Origin: an uncultured Verrucomicrobiae bacterium
GTDB lineage: Bacteria > Verrucomicrobiota > Verrucomicrobiia > Limisphaerales > Palsa-1400
Direction of reading: 5' to 3'
Assembly: GCA_963764165.1 (NCBI GenBank)
Contig: CAVXRD010000003.1
Coordinates: forward strand, 352,001-416,000
DNA length: 64,000 nt
Position 1 is the stretch's first letter. Every line of letters begins with the position of its first letter. The position numbers were made by a program, and so were the translations under genes. Of this stretch, positions 19,644 through 31,000 are shown one piece after another. Under the pieces are notes generated by a model. That model ran no database searches, had not been told where the DNA came from, and saw nothing but the letters and a program-made list of their open reading frames with translations.

Positions 19644-20343
19644 TGTTAACAGGCCCTAAAAGCCCCATATCACTTGGGAACGATGTTCAAATGGGGCTCT
19701 ATGGCGAGCAGCAATTCGGCGCCGCGCGCAATTCCCGGCATGCCATCGGGGTCTTCATCGGAACCGGAATTGGAGGCGCTTTGATTTTGAACGGCGAACT
19801 GCACCGCGGCGCCAGCGGAATCGCGGGCGACATTGGACATTATCTCGTTCAGCCCCTCGGAACAATTGGAGGCCCCGAACGCCAAGGCGTGCTGGACAAT
19901 GTCTGCAGCCGGACTGCCATCGCGGCCGAAGCGGCGGTCTATGCCTCGCGGCAGTGGGCGCCTAACCTTTTGAAAATGGGCGGGACTGATCTTGCCATCC
20001 TGCGCAGCAAAACCCTCGCCCGCGCCATCAAGGCCGGCGACAAGCAAATTGAGCAGTTAGTCCTCAGCCGATCGCGCCTGCTGGGAATCGTGCTTTCCAA
20101 CCTTGTTGACTTTATCAATCCAGACTGTGTGTTGCTGGGGGGTGGGTTGGTCGAGGAAATGCCCGGCCTGGTATTGAAGGGCGTCGGCAAGGGCATCGAA
20201 GAATACTCTTCAGCGGCGGCATTTAAAAAATTGAAGATTGTGACCACCAAACTGAGAGAATATGCCGTCGCCACCGGCGCCGCGAAGATGGCCTGGGACA
20301 GCTTTATTGGAAAAAACAAAAGCAAGAATGGCGATAAATAATC

Positions 20344-21135
20344 ATGAAGGGGATTTTCGAGTATTGGACGGAGATTGCGGAGAAAATTCATGAGAGGAAA
20401 TCGGTTTTCCTGGCGCTGGATTACGATGGCGTCCTCGCTCCCATTGCGGCTCAACCGGATTTGGCCCTTCTGCCGCCAGAGAACCGCCAGCTTTTGGAAA
20501 AACTGGTCGACTGTTCCCAGGCACGGGTGGCGGTCATCAGCGGCCGTTCAGTAAGCGACGTGTGGAAACACATCGGCATCCCCGCCATTGTCTACGCCGG
20601 GAATCATGGATCCGAGATCGACCTCCACGGCGCGCGTGAGTTTCACGTGAACGAAGAACAATGTCCCCAGTTGGCGGAAGTGCGCGCGCAGCTTGAAGAG
20701 GTTTTCGCGGGTTTTCATGGCGTTCTGTTGGAAGACAAAGGATTTGGCGTGGGATTGCATTACCGCGAAGTCGAGCCACACAATCTGCCGGCTTTCAAGC
20801 AACGATTTGAAAATTGGTCAAAAAGCCTGCCCTCCTCTTTGGCAATCGTTCATGCGAAAATGATGTATGAAGTCCGCCCGAAAATGGCATGGAATAAAGG
20901 CGATGCTGTCAGGCATATCTGGCAGTCGGTGGCGCCGGCGGCCTTGCCCATCTGCTTAGGGGATGACCTAACCGATGAAGATGGCTTCCGCGCCTTATCA
21001 GGCAAAGGAATAAATATCTATGTGGGCGAAGAGCGGCAATCTTACGCGGAATACATCTTGCGTTCTCAAAGCGAGGTCATACCTTTTCTGAGACTACTAT
21101 TAGCGGAGTTGACGGGTGGCTCTGCCGCTTCCTGA
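20344..21135 (+). CDS. otsB: Trehalose-6-phosphate phosphatase (HAD IIB)
   Basis: LDYDGVL, VISGRS, YAGNHG.E, LEDK..LHYR, EVRP..NKGDA and GDDLTDEDGF motifs. Confidence 0.92.
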   Translation: MKGIFEYWTEIAEKIHERKSVFLALDYDGVLAPIAAQPDLALLPPENRQLLEKLVDCSQARVAVISGRSVSDVWKHIGIPAIVYAGNHGSEIDLHGAREFHVNEEQCPQLAEVRAQLEEVFAGFHGVLLEDKGFGVGLHYREVEPHNLPAFKQRFENWSKSLPSSLAIVHAKMMYEVRPKMAWNKGDAVRHIWQSVAPAALPICLGDDLTDEDGFRALSGKGINIYVGEERQSYAEYILRSQSEVIPFLRLLLAELTGGSAAS

Positions 21136-21230
21136 GGCGGGGTTTCCTAATTCCCTTGAGCCAATGGCTTGCCGAGTCGCTTGCAAGACAAGACTTGAAG
21201 GCTTTCCCGTTTTGGCGGAACATGGCGGTT

Positions 21231-21452
21231 ATGAACGCTGTAAGAGTGGATGAGGCGCACCGAATCGAAGTTTCCACGCTGCGCCCTGGGGACTATTACG
21301 AAACCGAAGTCTTGGGGGAGAACGAAGTCCTTCTTAGAAAGGTGGCATCACCGCGCCGAAAACCATCCTTTGCGGAGGCGATGGCTGCCATCGAAAGCAG
21401 CCATCTTCGTTTCACCAAGAGCTGGGATGAAATCAAAGAGGAGACCCGGTGA
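21231..21452 (+). CDS. Small AbrB/VapB-like antitoxin candidate (73 aa)
   Basis: VRVDEAHRI..LRPGD..EV..LLRKV swapped-hairpin pattern; the stop overlaps (GTGA) a PIN-like start. Confidence 0.55.
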   Translation: MNAVRVDEAHRIEVSTLRPGDYYETEVLGENEVLLRKVASPRRKPSFAEAMAAIESSHLRFTKSWDEIKEETR

Positions 21453-21538
21453 TTCTAATTGACAGCGGCGTTATCATGAATCATGGCCGCTTTATCGGCA
21501 AGTACTCGACTCGGCTGGCCATATCGGCCGGCTCATAA
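21449..21538 (+). pseudogene. Truncated VapC/PIN toxin remnant
   Basis: MILIDSGVI matches the PIN N-terminal motif. Similarity ends after about 10 codons, and a stop follows at codon 30. Confidence 0.5.
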
Positions 21539-21758
21539 ACCTTGGCAATCAATTCGAGATCAATGATGCGTTGGCCGATGGTGACTCGAAGTTGGTGTGC
21601 ATAGACAACTCCGGCAAATGGCTGCCGCTTCGATGAAATCGCTCCGCTTCCGCCAGCAGGTCATCGTCCTGTGTGAAAAGCACTCGGCCTAGCGCGGTGG
21701 CGCGTTCCAGCAAAACGTCATCAGGAAGCCGCGTGGCATCGTCGGCTAGGGCTGTCAT
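21481..21758 (-). pseudogene. DUF5615-family PIN-like protein remnant (5'-truncated, frameshifted)
   Basis: LPDDVLLERATALGRVLFTQDDDLL, then a frameshift near 21618 into FAGVVYAHQLRVTIGQRIIDLELIAKVYEPADMASRVEYLP. Confidence 0.7.
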
Positions 21759-22069
21759 TACGGCCGCAGATTACTCCGAGTTCCCAGTGAAGACAACCTG
21801 TTTCACTGTATCCGCTCCCCAAACGCCAGCGCGACAGCACGGCTTTTCCTGATCACAAATTCATTACGCACATCGATCAATGAGCGTTCTTGGCCTCAGT
21901 GCGGCGAATGAGCCGCGGCGCCCGGTCCATGCGCCTTCCGACTTTTGACAATCCAAGAATCATTTCTCGACCAGAGAACCATCCGAAGCATTTCGCCCTT
22001 TTGGTGCCTCAGAATCGGGCGTTCATTAGCTTGCCATCCGCAGCTAGGCCAAAGATCGTTCCGCGCTCG

Positions 22070-25000
22070 TTATTGAGATTCTTGGTGCTTGGCCGCTGGC
22101 ACAACACGGTAGTAGCGCCGATCGAAATTCGTCGCGGCGGGATCGCTGAAATAGCGCACGCTTTGCGGCAGGCTATTGGTGCTTACGGACGACCAATCTG
22201 TCAAATTCGTGGTCGCCTGCAAAACGTAGGACCAGCCCGCCACTCCTGCGAATTCAATCGTGAATGCGCCATTGGCAAACTGCGCTCCCAGGATTTGGCC
22301 GTGTCCCAGCGTGATGCCTCCGCCAATGGTGGAGAAGCGCACTATATTCCCAATCGCGACGCCGTTGGTGTTCGTGGCCATCACGGAATAGAAATACTGC
22401 GCCCCCGGCTGCAATCCGGATAGCACGTTGCTGACAAAATACCCCCCATACTCGGCCGGCAATGTTGTTACTTCGTTGGTATTCCCGAAGTTAGTCGTCG
22501 TTCCCCACACGAAGCTCACTGTCGTCGGCGCGTTTCTCGGGAATACTTCGCCGTTAAATGTGGCAGATGTCGCTGTCACATTGCTCGCATACAACGTCGA
22601 CGCCGCTGGCCCGACAGGCGTGGTGAAATTGAATATGCTTCCCACTGCGGTCCCGTTGGTGTTGGTGGCAACTACAGAATAGAAATACACCGTCCCTGGC
22701 TCCAGGCCAGTCAGCACGTTGCTGATGTAATAACCGGAATACTCAGCGGGCAAGGTTGTCGCCAGGTTCGTATTTCCCAAGTTCGTCGTCGTGCCCCATG
22801 CAAAGCTAACCGCGGTTGCGGCGTTTCTCGGAAACACCTCGCCATTGAGCGCCGCGGAGGAAGGTGTCAGGGCGGTTGCATGCAGCGTATCTGCCACCGG
22901 CCCGACCGTCGTCGTAAAGTTAAATATGCTTCCCACCGCTGTCCCGTTGGTGTTGGAGGCAACGATGGAGTAAAAATAAATTATTCCGGGCTGCAATCCG
23001 GAAAGCACGTTGCTGATGGAATACCCGCCATATTCAGCAGGCAAAGCAACCACGAGATTCGTGTTGCCCAGGTTGGTCGTCGTGCCCCACGCAAAACTGA
23101 CCGTTGTTGGAGCGTTTCTCGGATACACCTCTCCATTAAGGGTCACCGATGTGCTTGCCAGCGCGGTCGGAAGGAGCGTCGAAGCGACTGGCGCAAAAGG
23201 CGTCGTGAAACTGAATATGCTTCCCACGGAAATGCCGTTCGCGTTGGAGGCCACCACCGAGTAGAAATACAATGTGCCAGGTTCCAGCCCGGATAGGGCG
23301 TTGCTGATGTCGTAGCCGCCATATTCAGCCGGCAAAGTTGCCACGAGGTTCGTCTGTCCCAAGCTGGTGGTCGTGCCCCATGCAAAGCTCACGGCCGTCG
23401 CGGCATTTCTCGGAAACACCTCGCAGTTTAGCATCGCCGACGAGGGCGTCAATGCGCTGACGAAGAGAGTATCTGCCACCGGGGCGACCGCCGTTGTAAA
23501 ATTGAATATGCTTCCCACTGCCCTCCCATTGGCGTTGGATGCTATCACCGTGTAGAAATACAAAGTCCCCGGTTCCAGTCCCGTCAGCACATTGCTTATA
23601 TCATAACCGCCATACTCGGCTGGCAGCGTTGCCACAAAATTGGTGTTGCCCAAATTGGTGGTTGTGCCCCAGGCAAAGCTGACAGCCGTCGGCGAATCCT
23701 TCGGGTAGACCAGGCTGTTAAGTGTCGCTGATGTCGGCGTCACTCCGCTTGCAAACAATGTCCCAGCCACCGGCGGGATGTTCATCGAAAACTCGGAAAT
23801 GCTTCCCCTCACCACTCCATCGGCGTTGGAAGCTACCACTGCATAGTAGTACGACGCTCCCTGTTGGAGGCCGCTTAGCTCAATGCTGAATGGCGACAAT
23901 GTTCCCGCATAGACATTTGTAGGCGCCGAATTCAATCCCAAGTTTGTCGTAGTTCCGTAGGAAATCCAGGCCAGCGAATCGAGTCCATTTGGATTGACCG
24001 TCGTGGTAACGGTCGCAGTTGTCAATCCAACGGTGACGACTGGCGCGACGGCGATGGTCGGCGCAATCGGGGTATTCAGCAGCAGCGAGTTGGTGGTGAA
24101 TTCGCCGTCTGGGAATGTGGAAAGCCGCACCTCGTCAATCAGCCCGTCAAAGAGATACCCTCCGACTGGAGCAGAACCTCCGCCGACTACGAAAGTGCCG
24201 GAGGGCGGATTGGGCGTGCAGTTGCATGAACCCGACGGAACTCCATTGACATAGATCGTGGAGGTGCCTGCGTTGCAAACAAGGGCCACATGAGTCCATT
24301 GGTTCAGCGCCGCATTCACGCCGTCGCTGAAGAACCACACGCCGCCATAAAGGCCATACCACTGCCTATTGATGAGACCAATTCCCCATCCATTCGCACC
24401 CGGATCGCCATAGTAAATAATCACCGGGTTGTTGTAGATATTTGTCATATAAACCCAGGCTTCCAGGCAGAAGTCGTTGGCTACCGGCGAGATGTTTTGG
24501 TTGGTCCCATAACTTTCTCCGCCGAGATTCAAACTGAGGGAACTGCCATCAAGCAGGGCGGCGACAGGCGAGACGTTGGTGGAATAAACCGCCGTTCCCG
24601 TGACCGACAGGTCATTGGTGCCAGCGCTGTCAAACATGGTAAAGCTGCTGCCGCCAGCCGTCGCGCCTGGATCGTTTTCGCCCATGCGATAATAATCCAG
24701 CACTGTGAGCGGCGCGCCAGCGTAGACTATGGGAGGGCCGGTGGCGACGATTTGCAAACCGCCGCTGTTGGTGAGAGTCAGCACCACATTGTAATTTCCG
24801 GGCGCCGAATAAACATGCGAAGGGCTTTGCTGCACGCTGCCGGTCCCATCGCCGAAATCCCACGTCCAACTCACGATTGCATTGCCGCCTGTATCTGCAG
24901 CCGGAGAAACGAATTGCACATTGACCGGGGCCACGCCGCTCACCGGATAAGCGGCGTACTGGACGCTTGGCGGAAGAACAGGCAAGGTCGCCAGGCCGGA

Positions 25001-28000
25001 ACAGATGATGAACTGGCCGAGGACGTTGGTAGCCCGCAGCGAAAGCGCGTAACTGCCTGCGTTGGTGTAGATGTGTGTGGGACTTTGCTGCGTGCTGAAA
25101 GAACCGTCGCCAAAACTCCAATTCCAGGAGGCAATGGCCACGGCACCCGAATCCGTGGCTGGCGCCGTGAACTGCACGAGAGCAGGTGTCACGCCGTTGG
25201 TTGGACTAACCGCATATTGAAGTGTCGGATAAACAAGATTGATGTTCGGCGGGCCAAAACCAACGACTAGCTCTCCAAGGCTGTTAGTAGCCAATAAGCT
25301 AGGCGCATACGAGCCGATGTTCGTGTACGTGTGAGTCGGATTTTGCAGCGTGCTGGTCGTGCCGTCGCCGAAGTTCCACTTCCAAGCCGCAATGGTTTGG
25401 TTGCTGCTGTCCACGCTTGGCGATTGGAAGCTCACCAATTGCGGCACGGTTCCATTGGTGGGAGTGGCTGTGAATTGCACCGTCGTAAATGGCCCAGAGG
25501 CCGCCGCGGAGACTTGGAATACCTGCGCATAAGAAAGCGGCCCATCGGTGACTTGCGCAGCGATGGCGTCGGTTCCGGCTACGCTTCCGGGAATCATTCG
25601 CAGAACGCCGGAGCCGCCATTGCCAGATGCGGAGAGGTTGGCATTCGGGATAATCGTCAGGTTGGACGAAAACACACTGAAGGTGGCGCTGCCGGACGCC
25701 GCATAAGAGAATGGCAGATACGTGAGATAAGGCAGCGTTTCGTCTGGAATTGTGCTGATGAAAGGCGCGCCGAGGGAATTGATTGCATTAGTTTCGACGC
25801 TTACCACCTCGGATGCCCCGCCATTTACGGAAACTTCGGCCACGTCCGTCACGCCGTCGGAATTGGTCATGGTGTTGCCGGTCATCGTCAGGCTGGCCTG
25901 CTCGACTGCTCCGGTTGGTCCGGATCCGGTTATTGTGGTAATAGCTTCCCCAAAATTGCATACGCCTGCGGCCTGATCGGCGACGTTATCCGCGAACGTA
26001 TTTGACACCAGCGTCAGGATGCCGTTGCGGTTGAATATGGCCCCGCCCACTGAGTTCGGTTCGTCGGTGACGGCATTGTCTTTAAACAAACAATTTACGA
26101 ATAGCGCCACGCCGCCGTCGTTGCAAACCGCGCCGCCCGCCGCCTTGCCGCCATAGCCCGTGACGGAATTGCCCTTGAACGTTACGTTGGAAATGCTGAT
26201 CTGGCCAAGATTGTAAATCGCACCGCCGAAGCCGGCGCCGGGCGTTCCCAGATTGTAGGAATCGCCACCAAGCAAGGTCAGGCCGGACAATTCGAGGAAG
26301 CCAGCTTGTTCGACGCGGAAGATGTGCATCGGCGGACCTTCGTAGCCCGGCGCCGGAATCGTAATGGTAAAGCCGGGCGCGGCGCTGCCGTCGATGTGAA
26401 CATGGCTCGTGATGTCGAACGCCCGATAATCTCCGCCGGTCGCTCCATATTGATTATAATTCAATGTCTGGCCAGCCAGGCTGGAGCTAATGGATATCGT
26501 CCAATTCGACGCTGAATCTCCGTAGCCCGCAAGTGTGGCGAGCGCCGCACTCAAAGTGCCCTCGCCTTGACTGTAAAGGCTGTTCACCGAAATTACGGCA
26601 GGGACCACTGTTATGCTCACCGCGCCAATCGTCGCACCTCCTAGATTATTGGTGACGACGTAAGTGAAATAATCGTTGGTAGCCGAGCCGCCGTCATTGA
26701 CATAGAGAATTTCGTTATTCGTCACGATCACGGAGCCGTTGGTTGGAGTTGAGGCCGACACAATCGACAGCGTTGCGCCACCGGGGTCGAAATCATTTGT
26801 CAACACGTCAAGGGTGGAGGACAGGCCGCCATAGACCGTGTATTGTTCCGGCGGAGCCACAGGGGTTAGAGGCGCCACATTATTCACCGAGATCTTGAAC
26901 TGCCGAGTAAACGAGATTCCGCCCAGCGCCGCTTGAATATCGAGCTTGTCGATGCCGTTGTGGCTGGGGGTGACCGTAAGCTGCCGAACTCCTCCTGTGC
27001 CGCCGAAGGTCAGGTTTGCCGAGGGAATAACATTGGTGTTCTCGGAGACGGCTGTTAATGCGACCGCGCCACTTCCCTGGCCAACGAAGATTGGAACTTC
27101 CGTTGTGCTATTGGCGGCAAAGTCGGCCTCCGCCCCAACCCACGGCAAGGCCGGGTTCTGGAACTGGCTGCCAATCGCGAGAGTGGACACGGTGCCGCTG
27201 TTGGTGGCGGTTGCCGACAAATCATCGTCGGATTCAGGATTGCTGAAGATCGAATTGGTCGTTTCCAGGCTGACAGCGGTTCCGTCGGCCCATTGATAAA
27301 CGCCGCCGCCGTGCAACGCATAGTTATTTGTTAGATAGACGTTAGTTAACGTTACGGAACCCAGATTGAAAATGGCGCCGCCCAGGGCGAAAGAATTGGT
27401 TTCTCCCTGCGCCTGACAATTTAGGATGGTGACATTCTGCAAATTGACGGTGCCCTCGTTATAAATCGCGCCACCATCGCCTTCGCCGTACGGAGAAGGC
27501 GCGGCAATGCCGCCGGTCAGCGTGAGATCCACTAGCGTCAGGCTTGCGCCCGGCATCACATGGAAGAAGCGCATCGGCGAAGCGTTGGTGTCCAATTGCA
27601 TGGTTGAGCCGTTGCCATAAATGGTTACGTTTTGCTGAATTTCGAAGGCGGACGGACCTTCCACCTGATCGTCGGCGGATGTAAGATCGATAATGAGGTT
27701 GGTGCTAAGAGCGATTTGTGTCCCGCCTGCGACGTAATTGCTGCCGCGGAAATCAATTTCCGCCCGCAAGCTGCCAGCGCCGCTATCCGCCCCGCTGGAA
27801 ATATCGGAATCATCCAAGTAGAAACCGCGGCTTACGTAAACGAGGCCGGTCACCGTGTTCACGCCGTCCGATACCTGATATGTGAAGCTATCGGTGGAAC
27901 TAAAGAATTCTTCGGCCGTGTAATAGATGTTTGTGCCGTCGGTAGCCGTGGTTCCGTATTGGGAAGCGCCAATGCTGACCACTGTCAAGGTCGATCCACT

Positions 28001-31000
28001 GAAACCGGTGACGTTTTGCAACACCGGGATGCTCACTGGATAGTAAAGATCGAGCACCATGACATAAAACGGAGTGGTCACGGGCGCGGGGTGCGCGTTT
28101 GGATCGAAGGCCAATGTGAAATTCTCCGTGTAACTCAGGTTCGTGTTGCCGAGCGTGATGCTAATATTCTGCGCGGATTTAGCCGCGGCCTCGGCAGGCG
28201 AGAGTTCGAGGCTTCGTTGCGACCCGACGCCGGCGACATGCAACACCGAAGCATCGCCCCAAGGCGCGGAAGGCGTGACTTTAAATTGGAATTGGGCCGG
28301 GTCGGCCGTAGCCGGGAATTTGGCCACGGTGCCTTGATTCGCAAGATACGACGCCGCCAGCATGCCGAAGGAAGGCGATGTTTGGGTTCCCACCGTCAAG
28401 AGAGTTGACGTGACGGATGCGGAACCGCCATTCGCGTTCGTCGAAACCAGGTCGTTCGTCGCAAAGTTGCCGCTAATGACCGAATTGCTCGCAACGAGCG
28501 AAGCAGATAGTCCGCTGCCCAACTGATACAAACCGCCGCCATATTCGGCTGTGTTCGCGGTAATCTCGGTGTTGGTTAAAACGACGCTCCCGTTAAGACT
28601 GTAAATGGCGCCGCCTTCGCTCGTGGCCGTATTGTTGGTGACTATTGAATTTTCGAGAAACAAATTGCCTTCGCTATAGATCGCGCCGCCGAGGGCGGCC
28701 GAACCGCCTGTTGCCACGCAATTGCTCAAGACGAGCGTCGCGCCCGGATCGACCTGGAACAAACGGCTGGAGCGCACGCTCTCTTCCGCGGTAAGAATCA
28801 AGTTGGTCGGCCATGTGGGGCCAACCTCGTCCGGCTGGACATAGATCGGCGCTATGCAAATATTTCCGCTGATATCGATCGCCGAGAAACTGCCATCGGC
28901 GGCAACGGCTTCTGCATTCGTCAGCCCGACAGTATCATCTAACGGATAAATTGGCACACTGATGAGCCATTGGAGCCCCGGGCCAAAGGAGTTCGCAAAA
29001 GCAATGGCTGAATCAAGCGTCGGCTCGTAGTAGGGCGACTGACCGTTAATCTGGCCGTATGCGCCGACGAGTATCTGGCGCGGATAAATGCCGACATAGT
29101 TGGTTCCAGTAACGGTTTCCGAATAGTTGGAAACGGTAAACGTAAACCCGCTTTCACCAACACTCGGGTTGGTTGGCGTAAATGTGATCGTATTGGAAGA
29201 ATAGGTGACGCTCCCGCCGCCGAAGGCGCTGGCGCCGACGAACACCAGCGGATCACTATAAGGATCGAATGCGAGGAGCGAAAGAGGAATGGTTATCGGA
29301 ATGCCAACAAAGCTATTTGTCCCCCCAAACGTCCACTCCGGCGAATGCGGGTCTTCCTGGCCCACAATGGCCACGCTGGCAACAGTCGAGGTCGCATAGC
29401 CATCGGAAGCCATGTAGGTGAAGTAATCCGGCGCATACGCTGTAAGATTGCTCGGAGTGTAAGAAACGTAGGCCGAATCCGAAATGAAGTTTGTGGCCAA
29501 AAATCCGTTCGTCGGCGGCGTCACAATGATGTAGGACAGAGAAAGGTAATTTGGATCTGTTCCCTGGAAAACGATCGGGACTGTGCCCACTAACGAAGCG
29601 TCGTGATTGGTGACAATAAAGGAAGCAGCCGAAGGCGCGGCGGGTTGAACGTCGATGGTTACAGTATTGGTGGTGGACTGAAATCCGCCGATATAGGCGA
29701 CAAAGCTGAAGCTATCCAGGCCGAAGTAGCCGCCCCCTGGCGAATACACATATGCCGCGCTCCCGCTGAACTGCGTCGCCAGCGATCCGTGCGCCGGGGA
29801 TGAAACCACGCGGTAAGTCGCCGGCAAATTGCCAAGATTCGTGGTTGCATCAGAGCTGGTCAGCGTAATCGACACGGGCTGCCCTTCCTGCGTCACAACC
29901 GATTGGGCCAGCGCCACTGGCACGGGGGACGGAGTCACAATCATCGTCACCGTGGCCGGCGGTGAGTCATAGAGGCCATTGTTGACCACGAACGCAAAGG
30001 AATCCGTTCCATTGAAGTTCTCAATTGGCGTATACTTATAAATTGCCCCGTTCTGCCCTCCCGGCGCAGCAAACGAAACCGCGCCTCTTAGCGGCTGCGA
30101 CACGATTTTAACCGTCATATTGCTGCCTTCCGGATCTACTCCGTAAAGAAACATCTGGATCGAGCCGTTTTCCGGCACCGAATTGGTGGAAGCTACCGCT
30201 GCGGGCGCCTGCTCCACGTATTGGACGTTGAAGAACACGGTGACCGGGGCGGACGTTAATCCATTTTCTGATGCCGTGTAGGTAAAATAATCGGCTCCGT
30301 GGTAATTGGTCGTCGGCGTGTAGGTCATGTTCGGTGGTGTTCCGGTAAGCTGGCCGCGCAGATTGTTAGTGATGAGTTGATAGCTTAGGACCTCGTTGGT
30401 GAAGAAGGCCGTGGCTGTCAAAACGAAGTTCGTGGGAATGTTTTCCAGAACGCTAACCGCAATATTTGCCGACGCGGGAGGCTGATCGACGAAGTTGACC
30501 GTGATCGAAATTTGCCCAATCGCCGAGGTCATCACACCATCTGTGACCTCGAAGCCGATGGTGTCGGTCCCGAAGAAGTTTGTGTCTGGCAAATAACTTA
30601 AATTCGGAGGGGTTCCAGATAACGTTCCATTGGTAGGTTGGTTAACTACGATATAGCGCAAAGGCTGCACGCCCGCGCCGGTCAAAGTCAATGTCAACGC
30701 GTTGCTATTCTCATACGCCTGCAGTGACTGCGGCAAGGCCTGAGGCAGTGGCAGAATATTAACAAGAATGATTTGCGTGGAAGATGATCCCACGGCGTTG
30801 TAAGCATCAGGCAGGCCGGCCGCCTGGACGAGAATGCTGCGGGTCGCGCCGTCAGCATAAGAGAACGAGGCGGCTGTGTATAACACATTGCTGACGATGG
30901 CAAACGAACCGTTGTCCGTTGAGCCGGGCCCGCTGACCAGGCTATACGCAATGCCAGGAACGGAAGGATCGGAGTCTTGCGCCGCCAGGTATCCCGCAAC

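Larger units (their letters stand above)
18834..19656 (+). mobile_element. IS5-family insertion sequence (IS427-like subgroup), 823 bp
   Basis: Perfect 17-bp terminal inverted repeats GGGCCTGTTAACACTAA (18834-18850 and 19640-19656), with TA target duplication at 18832-33 and 19657-58. Confidence 0.95.
18515..20341 (+). pseudogene. ROK family sugar kinase interrupted by an IS5-family element
   Basis: N-half has GLDIGGT; C-half has GNDV, GTGIGG, AGDIGH and LLGGG. Removing the IS plus one TA rejoins the frame (..QKWT-KSPISLGNDV..) to give 333 aa. Confidence 0.92.

Noticed and set aside
22325..23770. CRISPR array or diversity-generating retroelement repeat pair
   Set aside because: The repeats are in-frame 291-bp coding units without spacers, the differences are not confined to adenines, and no reverse transcriptase or cas gene is present.
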